DNA of 64,000 nucleotides from an uncultured Lachnospiraceae bacterium (GTDB lineage Bacteria; Bacillota; Clostridia; Lachnospirales; Lachnospiraceae): positions 14,066-78,065 of the forward strand of contig CAYWHY010000001.1 of the NCBI GenBank assembly GCA_964458255.1, written 5' to 3'. The notes below the pieces were generated by a model. The model saw only the letters and a list, made by a program, of their open reading frames with translations. It made no database searches and was not told the origin of the DNA. The stretch's first letter is position 1. Every line of letters starts with the position of its first letter. Position numbers and translations under genes: made by a program. Below, one piece after another: positions 7,128-16,328 of this stretch.

Positions 7128-8885
7128 ATGGCTAAGATTTTTAAGAAATTGATGATATTACTGGACAAAAAACAGAAGCGGAAAATGGTGATGCTTGTGT
7201 TTTTGATGCTGATTGGAGCGGTGCTTGAGACGGCGGGCGTATCCATGATTTTGCCTGTTATGAATGTGGTTATGGAAGAAAATGCCGTGCAAAAGCATGT
7301 ATATTTGCAGGTAATCTGTGATATTTTCGGGATTGCCCATGATGATACCAGAAGCCTTATGATTCTTGTTATGGGTGGACTTGTTCTGATTTTTGCATTG
7401 AAAAACATATTCCTGTTTTTTCAGCAGAAGGTACAGCTTAAGTTTGTTTATACCAATCAGTTTGCAACATCGAGAAGAATGATGATTAACTTTATGGAGC
7501 GTCCTTATGAATATTATTTAAACGCGGATACCTCCGTGATTCAAAGAAGCATTACCTCTGATGTCAACAACATGTACGGGCTGATTTTAGCACTTCTGCA
7601 GCTGGTCAGTGAAGGTATTGTGTTTGTGTGTCTGATTTGTGTCAGTCTGGTGGCGGATGTATGGATGAGCATCACAGTGGCAGCACTCCTTATTGTAGTA
7701 CTTTTGGTTATCAAATGCATTTTGAAGCCTGTTATGAAAAAGGCGGGCGAAGAGAATCAGGATTATTACAGCGGATTGTATAAATGGATTGACCAGTCCG
7801 TTATGGGGATTAAGGAAATTAAAATTGCCAATAAAGAAAATTATTTTATCAACGAATATGCCAAGTGCGGTGCCGGTTATGTGAGTGCTGTGCAAAGGTA
7901 CAACCTTTACAATGCAACGCCCCGTCTTTTAATTGAAACCATTGCCATTGCAGGCATGATTCTGTACATGATGATACGGCTGCTAAACGGTGCGGCAATC
8001 ATTGATATTATGCCGCAGCTGACGCTTCTTGCGCTGGTGGCCATGCGACTGATTCCCTGTGCAAACAGAATTAACAATCATCTGACATCCATCTCTTACT
8101 TTGAACCCTTCTTTATGGGGGTTTCGGACAATCTTCAGGAGGAAATCAGAGATGAGAGCATCAACTACGACGAAGAGGCTTACAAAAAGAAAATCGAAGC
8201 GTCAAAGATGGATATTCGTGAGAAGATTGAGTTAAAGGGCATTACTTATAAATACCCAAACACGGATGTACTTATTTTTGACCATGCGGATATGGAAATT
8301 CCTATCGGTAAGAGCGTGGGTATTGTGGGAACGTCAGGCTCCGGTAAAACAACGGTAGTGGATATCATGTTGGGGCTTTTGCAGCTGCAAGGCGGAGAAA
8401 TTCTGGCCGATGGCGTAGAAATCAGAGATAATTATCCTTCCTGGCTTAAAAATATCGGATATATTCCGCAGACCATTTTTATGATTGATTCCTCTATCCG
8501 TAAAAATGTAGCTTTTGGTTATGCGGATGAGGATATCGATGATGAAAAGGTATGGCGTGCACTTAAGGAAGCACAGCTTGACGAATTTGTAAGAGGACTT
8601 CCCGAGGGTCTTGATACCGGTATCGGAGAAAGAGGTATCCGTATTTCGGGAGGACAAAGGCAACGTATCGGTATTGCCAGAGCATTATTTGAGGATCCTG
8701 AAGTGTTGGTGCTTGACGAAGCAACTTCTGCACTTGATAACGATACGGAAGCAGCTATTATGGATTCCATCAACCGCCTTCATGGGAAGAAAACACTTGT
8801 TATTATCGCACACAGATTACAGACGATTGAAAAATGCGATATGGTTTACCGTATAGAAAACGGTAAGGCAACCAGAGAACGATAA
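7128..8885 (+). CDS. ABC transporter, fused permease/ATPase (PglK/MsbA-like lipid-linked glycan flippase), copy 1
   Basis: Multi-TM N-terminal half; Walker A GTSGSGKTT, ISGGQRQRIGIARA, VLDEATSALD, IAHRL. Confidence 0.9.
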   Translation: MAKIFKKLMILLDKKQKRKMVMLVFLMLIGAVLETAGVSMILPVMNVVMEENAVQKHVYLQVICDIFGIAHDDTRSLMILVMGGLVLIFALKNIFLFFQQKVQLKFVYTNQFATSRRMMINFMERPYEYYLNADTSVIQRSITSDVNNMYGLILALLQLVSEGIVFVCLICVSLVADVWMSITVAALLIVVLLVIKCILKPVMKKAGEENQDYYSGLYKWIDQSVMGIKEIKIANKENYFINEYAKCGAGYVSAVQRYNLYNATPRLLIETIAIAGMILYMMIRLLNGAAIIDIMPQLTLLALVAMRLIPCANRINNHLTSISYFEPFFMGVSDNLQEEIRDESINYDEEAYKKKIEASKMDIREKIELKGITYKYPNTDVLIFDHADMEIPIGKSVGIVGTSGSGKTTVVDIMLGLLQLQGGEILADGVEIRDNYPSWLKNIGYIPQTIFMIDSSIRKNVAFGYADEDIDDEKVWRALKEAQLDEFVRGLPEGLDTGIGERGIRISGGQRQRIGIARALFEDPEVLVLDEATSALDNDTEAAIMDSINRLHGKKTLVIIAHRLQTIEKCDMVYRIENGKATRER

Positions 8886-8972
8886 AAGCTGCAGGAAAAG
8901 CAATGGCTGCAAATCAGCTGCCATAAACCGGCGGCAATCAGATGTTGTAAAACCGTCAGAAAGGAAAGGGAC

Positions 8973-10058
8973 ATGACAGAAAAGAAGAGACTTGCCAATA
9001 TTGAATTATTGAGAGTTCTTGCCATGGTAATGGTTGTTGCCATGCACTTTGTGCGGGAATCGGGCAGCCTCCTTTCGGCAGAAACGGAAGTTTTATCAGC
9101 CCGGTATCTGATGGCGACGCTTCTGGAAGCCTTCTGTATTGTGGCGGTAAATGCTTATGTATTTATCAGCGGTTACTACGGAACGGAGAGTGGTTTTAAG
9201 CTTTCCAAGATACTGAATTTTTTGTGCAGAATCTGGTTTTATGCGTTGCTGATTCCGCTTGTACTTATCTGCTTTGGAGTGCCTATCGTGGCGCAAAGTA
9301 TAGGAATTTACGGGGTGATACAGTATGTGCTTCCCATCAGTAGCGGGCATTACTGGTTTGCAAGCTCCTATTTTTACTTATTGCTGCTTATGCCGATTTT
9401 AAATCACGCGGTAAAAGCAATGGAAAAGAGGCAGCTTACCGCAGTGACGGCAGGATTACTTGTCGTCTTTTGCGGAATAAAGAGCATAGTGCCCGTAGAA
9501 CTTGCACTTGACAGATATGGGTATGATTTGATTTGGTTTGTCTGCGTTTATCTGGTGGCTGCATGGCTTAAACTTTACGGCGGTCAGGTAGAAGAGAAGC
9601 TTAAAAAGTATGGCGTTTTCATTTATGTGGGAAGCTGCCTTTTGATTTTCGGAATGACACTGGGACTTTGGAAACTGATTCCTTTGGTTGGCGGAATTGC
9701 GTATTATTTCACGGTTCCTTTTCACTATAATTTTATCTTTTGTCTCACGGGAGCAGTAGGATTATTTTATGCATTTGCTTTTCTGGATATCAAAGAGGGG
9801 AAAATAGCGGAATTAATACGCAAAGCGGGAAAATACTGTTTTGGCGTTTATTTACTTCATGAGCATTTGGATGTCCGTCATTTGTGGTATCAGACTCTGA
9901 CAGGATGGGTAAAATCTATGGGACTTTCAGAAGTGACAGCGTTTGTTGTGGAATTTTTGTTTTGTGTGATACTGATATTTGCAGCCGGTATCTGCATAGA
10001 TTTTATAAGAGATAAAGTTTTCGGGGTTACTTTAGGGTTTATGAAAAAGGAGGGGTAA
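8973..10058 (+). CDS. Acyltransferase family 3 (OafA-like membrane O-acyltransferase)
   Basis: RLANIELLRVLAMVMVVAMH, AVNAYVFISGY, YWFASSY, FGVYLLHEH; about 10 TM segments. Confidence 0.85.
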   Translation: MTEKKRLANIELLRVLAMVMVVAMHFVRESGSLLSAETEVLSARYLMATLLEAFCIVAVNAYVFISGYYGTESGFKLSKILNFLCRIWFYALLIPLVLICFGVPIVAQSIGIYGVIQYVLPISSGHYWFASSYFYLLLLMPILNHAVKAMEKRQLTAVTAGLLVVFCGIKSIVPVELALDRYGYDLIWFVCVYLVAAWLKLYGGQVEEKLKKYGVFIYVGSCLLIFGMTLGLWKLIPLVGGIAYYFTVPFHYNFIFCLTGAVGLFYAFAFLDIKEGKIAELIRKAGKYCFGVYLLHEHLDVRHLWYQTLTGWVKSMGLSEVTAFVVEFLFCVILIFAAGICIDFIRDKVFGVTLGFMKKEG

Positions 10059-10059
10059 T

Positions 10060-11787
10060 ATGCAGGAGCGAGAACAAAAACTGCAAAGATATCTTTATTA
10101 TGCAGGGGAAATAATATTTCCTGTGTTACTTTTGCTGTTTCCGCTGCTTAAAGTCAATCAGGGCGTGGATTTAACGGATACCCCTTACAGTCTCGGAAAC
10201 TATCGCTTTTTTGTGCAGTCGGACGGAGTGTGGGTGTTATCTACCTTTCTTTCCAATGTGACGGGATTTCTGCTTACCAAATTGCCTATGGGCGGCACCA
10301 TGCTTGGCATGAAGGTATATACCTCGCTTATTATCAGTGTGATGGCACTTTTTTCTTACCGGTTCTTTAAGACAAAGATGCCCTCTTGGATGGCATTCTT
10401 AGGGGAAGTGGCAGCAATCGGTTTTTGCTGGTGTCCTACCGGTATTTTGTATAATTACATGACATATCTGTTCTTCCTTTTGGGTGCGGTGTTTCTGTTC
10501 AGGGGACTGGCAGGGTGCAGACCGATCTGGCTGGTGCTTGCCGGAATTTGTCTTGGACTGAATGTTTCGGTACGTGTTCCCAATGTGCTTGAGGTGGTTT
10601 TAATAGTGGCACTTTGGTATTACGGTGCAAGAAAAAAGAAAACCTTTGAGATGATTGCGGGGGAGACAGGACTATGTGTACTTGGCTTTGCGATAGCCCA
10701 GGCTGTTATGTTTACGGTGATATCACTTCTTTACGGAATCGGGGCCTATGGTGAAATGATTGCCGGTCTGTTCGGCATGGCAGGCAGTGCTTCCGATTAT
10801 ACGCCGGCAGAAATGATTTTATCCATTTTGTCCGCATACTTTAAAGGCTTTAAGTGGATGCTTTATATGATACTTTGTATATTGCCGGGAATTCCTTTCT
10901 TTGTCATTCAAAAGGAAAAATTTCCCCGTATCCGTAAGATTGTATATTGTGCGTGTATTGCCTTTTTGTTCTTTGTGCTGGGCAGATGGGGAATGTACAA
11001 TTTTCGTTATTATCAAAAAGAATCAGGATTGCAGTGGGGTGTCATTTTCTTAATTATTTCCCTTGTTGTCTGTGTGTGGATGCTGTTTACCAGAATGATG
11101 GATGATGAATGGAAGTTAATAGGCTGTATTTCGCTTGTTATGATACTTATTACACCGCTTGGCAGTAACAATTATGTGTGGCCGGCGTTAAACAATCTGT
11201 TTTTTACAGCACCTGTTACCTTTTGGATTATTTACCGTTTTGCGGTTTGGGGAAGGATGTATTTTGACACCACGGAAAAAGTACCGCTTTTCCCGGTAAA
11301 GGCCATGGTAAGTGCTATGGTAATTGCTTTTCTTGTGCAGAGTATCGGACTTGGTTTCGGCTATGTGTTTAAGGATGGGGAAAACGGTGATAAGCGCAGT
11401 GCAAAAGTAATGAATAACGAAGTGCTTGCCGGTATGCATACAACTCATCTGAATGCGGAAACATTAGATGAACTGAGTATATTTATGACGGAACACGCGA
11501 CGGAATATGAGGATAAAGAACTGATTTTGTACGGAGATATTCCGGGACTTTCTTATTACCTTGATAAGGCACCGGCCATTTTTACCAGTTGGCCGGATTT
11601 GGACACCAACAGTTTTGACAGGCTGGTGGCAGACCTTGAAAAGATAAGCGAGAAGGGAGAAAAACCGCTGGTAATTCTTTCCTCCGGCAGCGAGGAGAGT
11701 AAAAAGCTGAGTGCTATCAAAGATTTTATGGAAGAAAACAGCTATCGGGAGGTTTTCGCAAATGAAGCCTTTGCGGTGTATGAATAA
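10060..11787 (+). CDS. Polytopic membrane protein, GT-C-like glycosyltransferase
   Basis: One N-terminal TM followed by an acidic loop (GVDLTDTPY), about 12 TMs and a soluble C-terminal domain; lies in a glycan operon. Confidence 0.55.
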   Translation: MQEREQKLQRYLYYAGEIIFPVLLLLFPLLKVNQGVDLTDTPYSLGNYRFFVQSDGVWVLSTFLSNVTGFLLTKLPMGGTMLGMKVYTSLIISVMALFSYRFFKTKMPSWMAFLGEVAAIGFCWCPTGILYNYMTYLFFLLGAVFLFRGLAGCRPIWLVLAGICLGLNVSVRVPNVLEVVLIVALWYYGARKKKTFEMIAGETGLCVLGFAIAQAVMFTVISLLYGIGAYGEMIAGLFGMAGSASDYTPAEMILSILSAYFKGFKWMLYMILCILPGIPFFVIQKEKFPRIRKIVYCACIAFLFFVLGRWGMYNFRYYQKESGLQWGVIFLIISLVVCVWMLFTRMMDDEWKLIGCISLVMILITPLGSNNYVWPALNNLFFTAPVTFWIIYRFAVWGRMYFDTTEKVPLFPVKAMVSAMVIAFLVQSIGLGFGYVFKDGENGDKRSAKVMNNEVLAGMHTTHLNAETLDELSIFMTEHATEYEDKELILYGDIPGLSYYLDKAPAIFTSWPDLDTNSFDRLVADLEKISEKGEKPLVILSSGSEESKKLSAIKDFMEENSYREVFANEAFAVYE

Positions 11788-11836
11788 AACAGATTGTTCG
11801 CTTTGGAAAAATCAAAAGTAACGGAATGGAGAAAAA

Positions 11837-12967
11837 ATGATTCGATTTAATGTGCCCCCTTATACGGGAAAAGAAATGGAAAATGTAAAAAAAGCGGTGG
11901 AAAACATGCACATCTGCGGAGACGGTGAGTTTACAAAGAAGTGTCATGAATTTCTGGAGACACGCACCGGGACGGCAAAAAGCCTTTTGACAACCTCCTG
12001 TACGCATGCACTTGAGATGGCGGCACTGCTTTGTGATATCAAAGAAGGTGATGAGGTCATTATGCCTTCTTATACCTTTGTTTCCACGGCAGATGCTTTT
12101 GTGCTCCGCGGAGCCAAAATTGTATTTGTGGATATCAGACCCGATACCATGAATATCGATGAAACATTAATTGAGGCTGCCATTACCGACAAGACTAAAG
12201 TAATCGCACCGGTACATTATGCAGGCGTCGCTTGTGAGATGGATACCATTATGGACATAGCAAAACGTCATAAGCTGATGGTGGTTGAGGATGCCGCACA
12301 GGGAATTATGAGTACTTATAAAGGAAAGTCCTTGGGAACCTTCGGCGAGTTCGGATGTTTGAGCTTCCATGAGACCAAAAATTACAGCATGGGTGAGGGT
12401 GGTGCACTTCTTATCCGTGATGAAAAATATATTGAAAAGGCAGAAATTCTCCGTGAAAAGGGAACGGACAGGAGCAAATATTTCAGAGGACAGGTGGACA
12501 AGTACCGCTGGCAGGATTTCGGGTCTTCTTATCTTCCCAGTGACATGAATGCCGCTTATCTTTATACCCAGTTTGAGGTGGCAGATGAAATCAATCAGGT
12601 AAGAATTGACAGATGGAATCAATATTATAAATTGCTTAGCCCTTTAGCGGAAGCAGGAAAAATTGAATTACCTTATGTTCCTGAAGGATGTGTTCACAAC
12701 GGCCATATGTTCTACATGAAAACAAAGGATGTGGAAGAGAGAACAGCCCTCATTGATTTTATGAAAGAAAATGATATTCTCGCAGTATTTCATTATGTTC
12801 CCCTTCATTCCGCACCGGCAGGAATCAAATTCGGAAGATTCCACGGGGAAGATAAATATACCACAAAGGAAAGTGAGAGACTGTTACGTCTTCCTATGTT
12901 CTATCGGCTTAAGGAAGAGGAAGTAGATTATATTGCAGAAAAAGTAAAGGAATTCTATGGTGCTTAA
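11837..12967 (+). CDS. wecE: dTDP-4-amino-4,6-dideoxygalactose transaminase
   Basis: MIRFNVPP, TTSCTHALEMAA, SFHETKNYSMGEGG, REKGTDRSKYFRGQVDKY, GSSYLPS, VFHYVPLH; strongly resembles RffA/WecE. Confidence 0.92.
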   Translation: MIRFNVPPYTGKEMENVKKAVENMHICGDGEFTKKCHEFLETRTGTAKSLLTTSCTHALEMAALLCDIKEGDEVIMPSYTFVSTADAFVLRGAKIVFVDIRPDTMNIDETLIEAAITDKTKVIAPVHYAGVACEMDTIMDIAKRHKLMVVEDAAQGIMSTYKGKSLGTFGEFGCLSFHETKNYSMGEGGALLIRDEKYIEKAEILREKGTDRSKYFRGQVDKYRWQDFGSSYLPSDMNAAYLYTQFEVADEINQVRIDRWNQYYKLLSPLAEAGKIELPYVPEGCVHNGHMFYMKTKDVEERTALIDFMKENDILAVFHYVPLHSAPAGIKFGRFHGEDKYTTKESERLLRLPMFYRLKEEEVDYIAEKVKEFYGA

Positions 12968-14786
12968 AAGTTTTTGCAAGAAACATGAAAACTTAATAGG
13001 GACATGCTTCCTTTTGCTTGCAATTATGCTGTTTACGGCAATCAGATATGATTATTACTATGATTTGAATGATGATGTCCTGATGAAGGATATTCTGGCA
13101 GGCATCTACACGGGAGAGCCGGAGGGACACAATATCCAGATGCTTTGGCTTGTCAGTGCATTTATCAGCCTCCTATACAAAGCAGCAAGAAGCCTTCCGT
13201 GGTATGGATTGTTTTTATGTGCCTGCCATTACGGCAGCCTGGGACTGATTATCCACAGAAGCTTATCTTTTTGTAATAAGTTATCTGCGAAGGTGTTACT
13301 TTTGCTTACGGAAGGTGTTTTGATAATCGGCCTTCTTTTGCAGCATCTTGTTTCGGCGCAGTATACCATTACCTGTACTTTGCTGGCTTCAGCAGCAGCG
13401 TTTCTGTTTTTTACAACGGATATTACACTTCCGGCAAAGGAATTTATCCGTAAAAATATCGGGACAATTCTTCTGGTTGCGTTGGCATACCTAATCCGTT
13501 CCGAGATGCTGATGCTCGTAACTCCCCTTATTTGTGTGGCAGGAGTCATCAAATGGGGCAGTGAAAGTAAGATTTTTACAAAGGAGCATGCAATAAAATA
13601 TCTGTCGGTAATCGGCGGTATTTTAGCCGGCATTGTCTTAGGTCAGGCAACGCACATGATAGCTTACGGAAGCGATGAATGGAGTGCTTTTACGGAATAC
13701 TTTGACAACAGAACAGAGCTGTATGATTTTCAGAAAATTCCCGAGTATGAGGAGCATAAGACATTTTATGAAGGTGTCGGAATGCTTGAGAGTGAAAGGG
13801 AGCTTCTTGATAACTACAACTTCGGCTTGGATGAAGAGATTGATGAAAAGCTTTTGGGAGAGATTGCAAAATATGCCGCAGCCAATCGGAAGGAAGAGAA
13901 GCCATTCCTGCAAAGTTTTAAGGAAAGTATGGGAAATTATGTAAGAAGAACCATTTACGGACCTTCCCATAACGAGAGTGATTATCCGTATAACTATATT
14001 GTTATTTTTTCTTATCTGGCAGTGTTTGTTACGGCAATGCTTATCAAAGAAAAAAAGCCGGTGGTCCGTTTCCTTCAGATTTTGTGGAAACTGGGATTCT
14101 TAGGAGCCGTTAGAACCGTTCTTTGGGTATGGCTTATTATGAGAGAAAGAGTACCGGACAGAATCAGCCATTCCATGTATCTGATGGAGCTTTGTATTTT
14201 ACTTGCCATGCTTTTGGTACAAGGCAGGGAACTTACATGTGAGAATGCTTCGGGCGGGGCAGCTGCAGTCCTTGCGATGGATACCTTTAAAGAATGCTTT
14301 AGGAGAAGGCTGCCGTTTGTGACAGGCACGGTGTATGCATTTTTTGGCGTGGCATTTTTGTCCTATGCCGTTACGACAACAGATGCGGATGTGAAACAAA
14401 AAGCAGAAAACAATATATCTTATCATCAACTGTATGCGTATCTTAAACAGGAAGAAAATAAAGGGAATTTTTATTTTATAGATGTATATTCTTCCGTTTT
14501 ATATACGGAAAAAATGTTTGTAAATGTAGACAACACTTTAAATAATTATGATATTATGGGTGGCTGGGCATGCAAGAGCCCGCTTTATCGAAAAAAAATG
14601 GCAGCCTATGATATGGAATCCATGGAGGAAGCACTTCTTTCCAGGGAAAACGTATATTATGTGCAGGAAAACGATGCGGATACGAAATGGCTGTATCAGT
14701 ATTACGCAGACCATGGAAGAGAGATTATCATGGAGCGGATTACGGCACCGGTAGAAGGATTTGAGATATATCAAATCACGGAATGA
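12957..14786 (+). CDS. Polytopic membrane protein, GT-C-like glycosyltransferase
   Basis: First extracytoplasmic loop YYDLNDDV (DD motif), many TMs, a large external loop, RVPDRI motif. Confidence 0.55.
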   Translation: MVLKSFCKKHENLIGTCFLLLAIMLFTAIRYDYYYDLNDDVLMKDILAGIYTGEPEGHNIQMLWLVSAFISLLYKAARSLPWYGLFLCACHYGSLGLIIHRSLSFCNKLSAKVLLLLTEGVLIIGLLLQHLVSAQYTITCTLLASAAAFLFFTTDITLPAKEFIRKNIGTILLVALAYLIRSEMLMLVTPLICVAGVIKWGSESKIFTKEHAIKYLSVIGGILAGIVLGQATHMIAYGSDEWSAFTEYFDNRTELYDFQKIPEYEEHKTFYEGVGMLESERELLDNYNFGLDEEIDEKLLGEIAKYAAANRKEEKPFLQSFKESMGNYVRRTIYGPSHNESDYPYNYIVIFSYLAVFVTAMLIKEKKPVVRFLQILWKLGFLGAVRTVLWVWLIMRERVPDRISHSMYLMELCILLAMLLVQGRELTCENASGGAAAVLAMDTFKECFRRRLPFVTGTVYAFFGVAFLSYAVTTTDADVKQKAENNISYHQLYAYLKQEENKGNFYFIDVYSSVLYTEKMFVNVDNTLNNYDIMGGWACKSPLYRKKMAAYDMESMEEALLSRENVYYVQENDADTKWLYQYYADHGREIIMERITAPVEGFEIYQITE

Positions 14787-14816
14787 TATCCGCTTTGGGA
14801 TACTTAAATAAGGAAA

Positions 14817-15368
14817 ATGATTATGAAAGAAGAAAAAGACAGGATTCTTCGCGGAGACGATATTTTCCTGCGAATGATGGAAGAAGAGGATACAGAGCTG
14901 ATAGTAAGGTGGCGCAATGAGGATTTTGTGCGAAGAAACTTTATTTATCAGAAGCCCTTTACCGTGGAAGGTCACTTGAACTGGGTGAAAACCATGGTAA
15001 AAACCGGAAAGGTGGTACAATTCATTATTTGTACCAAAGAGGAAAGACCGGTGGGCAGCGTGTATCTTCGCGATATCGATAAGGAGCACCGCAAGGCAGA
15101 GTATGGCATATTTATCGGAGAAGAAGATGCTCTTGGCTGCGGCTACGGTACTCAGGCAGCGAAGCTTATGCTTTGGTATGCGTTTGAAAAGCTTGGTTTG
15201 CATAAATTAATGCTGCGGGTTCTTGCCGGCAATGACAGGGCAAAGAAAAGCTATGAAAAGGCGGGCTTTGTGCAGGAAGCATATTTGAAAGAGGATGTGT
15301 ATCTTGCGGATGGTTTTCATGATGTGATTTTGATGGCGTGCTTGAATCCGAAGGAACAGGAGGCATAA
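14817..15368 (+). CDS. GNAT N-acetyltransferase (PseH/RimJ-like amino-sugar N-acetyltransferase)
   Basis: IVRWRN, KAEYGIFIGE, GCGYGTQA, LHKLMLRV...N.RA..SYEKAGF. Confidence 0.8.
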   Translation: MIMKEEKDRILRGDDIFLRMMEEEDTELIVRWRNEDFVRRNFIYQKPFTVEGHLNWVKTMVKTGKVVQFIICTKEERPVGSVYLRDIDKEHRKAEYGIFIGEEDALGCGYGTQAAKLMLWYAFEKLGLHKLMLRVLAGNDRAKKSYEKAGFVQEAYLKEDVYLADGFHDVILMACLNPKEQEA

Positions 15369-15370
15369 AA

Positions 15371-16321
15371 GTGAAAAGGATAAGTTTTGTAATTCCCTGC
15401 TATCGTTCTGCAGTGACCTTGCCGGGAGTAATCAAAGAAATACAGGATACCATGGAAGGGTTAAGGGAGTACACCTATGAAATCGTGCTGATTAACGATT
15501 GTTCACCGGATGATACTTTTAAGACAATTGAAAAACTGTGCCGTGAAAATGAAAATATAACAGGCATTAATTTAGCGAAAAATTTCGGCCAGCACGGTGC
15601 CCTTATGGCAGGTTTTCATCATGTAACAGGTGATATTGTGGTCTGCCTTGATGATGACGGACAAACTCCCGCCTGTGAGGTGGAAAAACTGCTTAAAGGA
15701 ATAGAAGACGGGGCGGACGTGGTGTATGCCAGATATCAGCATAAGCATCATTCGGGCTTCCGTAATTTCGGCAGCCATGTCAATGAGCTTATGACAAGAG
15801 TCATGCTCGGCAAACCCAAGGATTTGGCAGTTTCCAGTTATTTTGCCGCAAGACGTTTTGTGGTAGAAGAGATGAAACGGTACAGCTATGCGTATCCCTA
15901 TGTAATCGGACTGGTTCTTCGCAGTACCAAGAACATTATCAATGTGGATGTCAATCACAGAGACAGGGAGGCAGGTACTTCCGGTTATACGCTGGGCAAG
16001 CTTCTTTCCCTTTGGTTTAACGGCTTTACGGCGTTTAGCGTTAAACCGCTTCGTATTGCCACAATGACAGGTATTATATGTGCGTTTGGCGGGTTTTCTT
16101 ATGGCATCTACACGATTATCAAAAAGATTTTTATTCAGCCGCCGGATCTGGTAGTGGGTTTCAGTGCCCTTATGTCAGTGATTGTATTTATGGGCGGGAT
16201 GCTCATGCTGATGATGGGACTTGTGGGAGAGTATATGGGAAGAATGTATATTTCCATGAATAATTCGCCCCAGTTTGTCATTAAAGAAATTGTCGGAAAA
16301 GAAGCCGGAGAAGAAAAGTAA
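15371..16321 (+). CDS. GT2 polyprenol-phosphate glycosyltransferase (GtrB/ArnC/DPM-like)
   Basis: SFVIPCY, INDCSPD, NFGQHGALMAG, LDDDGQ, two C-terminal TMs, GEYMGRMY. Start at GTG 15371. Confidence 0.88.
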   Translation: MKRISFVIPCYRSAVTLPGVIKEIQDTMEGLREYTYEIVLINDCSPDDTFKTIEKLCRENENITGINLAKNFGQHGALMAGFHHVTGDIVVCLDDDGQTPACEVEKLLKGIEDGADVVYARYQHKHHSGFRNFGSHVNELMTRVMLGKPKDLAVSSYFAARRFVVEEMKRYSYAYPYVIGLVLRSTKNIINVDVNHRDREAGTSGYTLGKLLSLWFNGFTAFSVKPLRIATMTGIICAFGGFSYGIYTIIKKIFIQPPDLVVGFSALMSVIVFMGGMLMLMMGLVGEYMGRMYISMNNSPQFVIKEIVGKEAGEEK

Positions 16322-16328
16322 GACAGAG

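Noticed and set aside
8886-8960. Degenerate ~25-nt direct repeat (GGCTGCAAATCAGCTGCCATAAACC / GGCGGCAATCAGATGTTGTAAAACC) after the ABC gene
   Set aside because: Too degenerate, with no convincing hairpin or U-tract; cannot be supported as a terminator or element.
14817-15368. Assigning the GNAT as pseH
   Set aside because: It resembles PseH but sits with wecE and the GtrB-like gene, far from pseF/pseI; its substrate cannot be decided from sequence.
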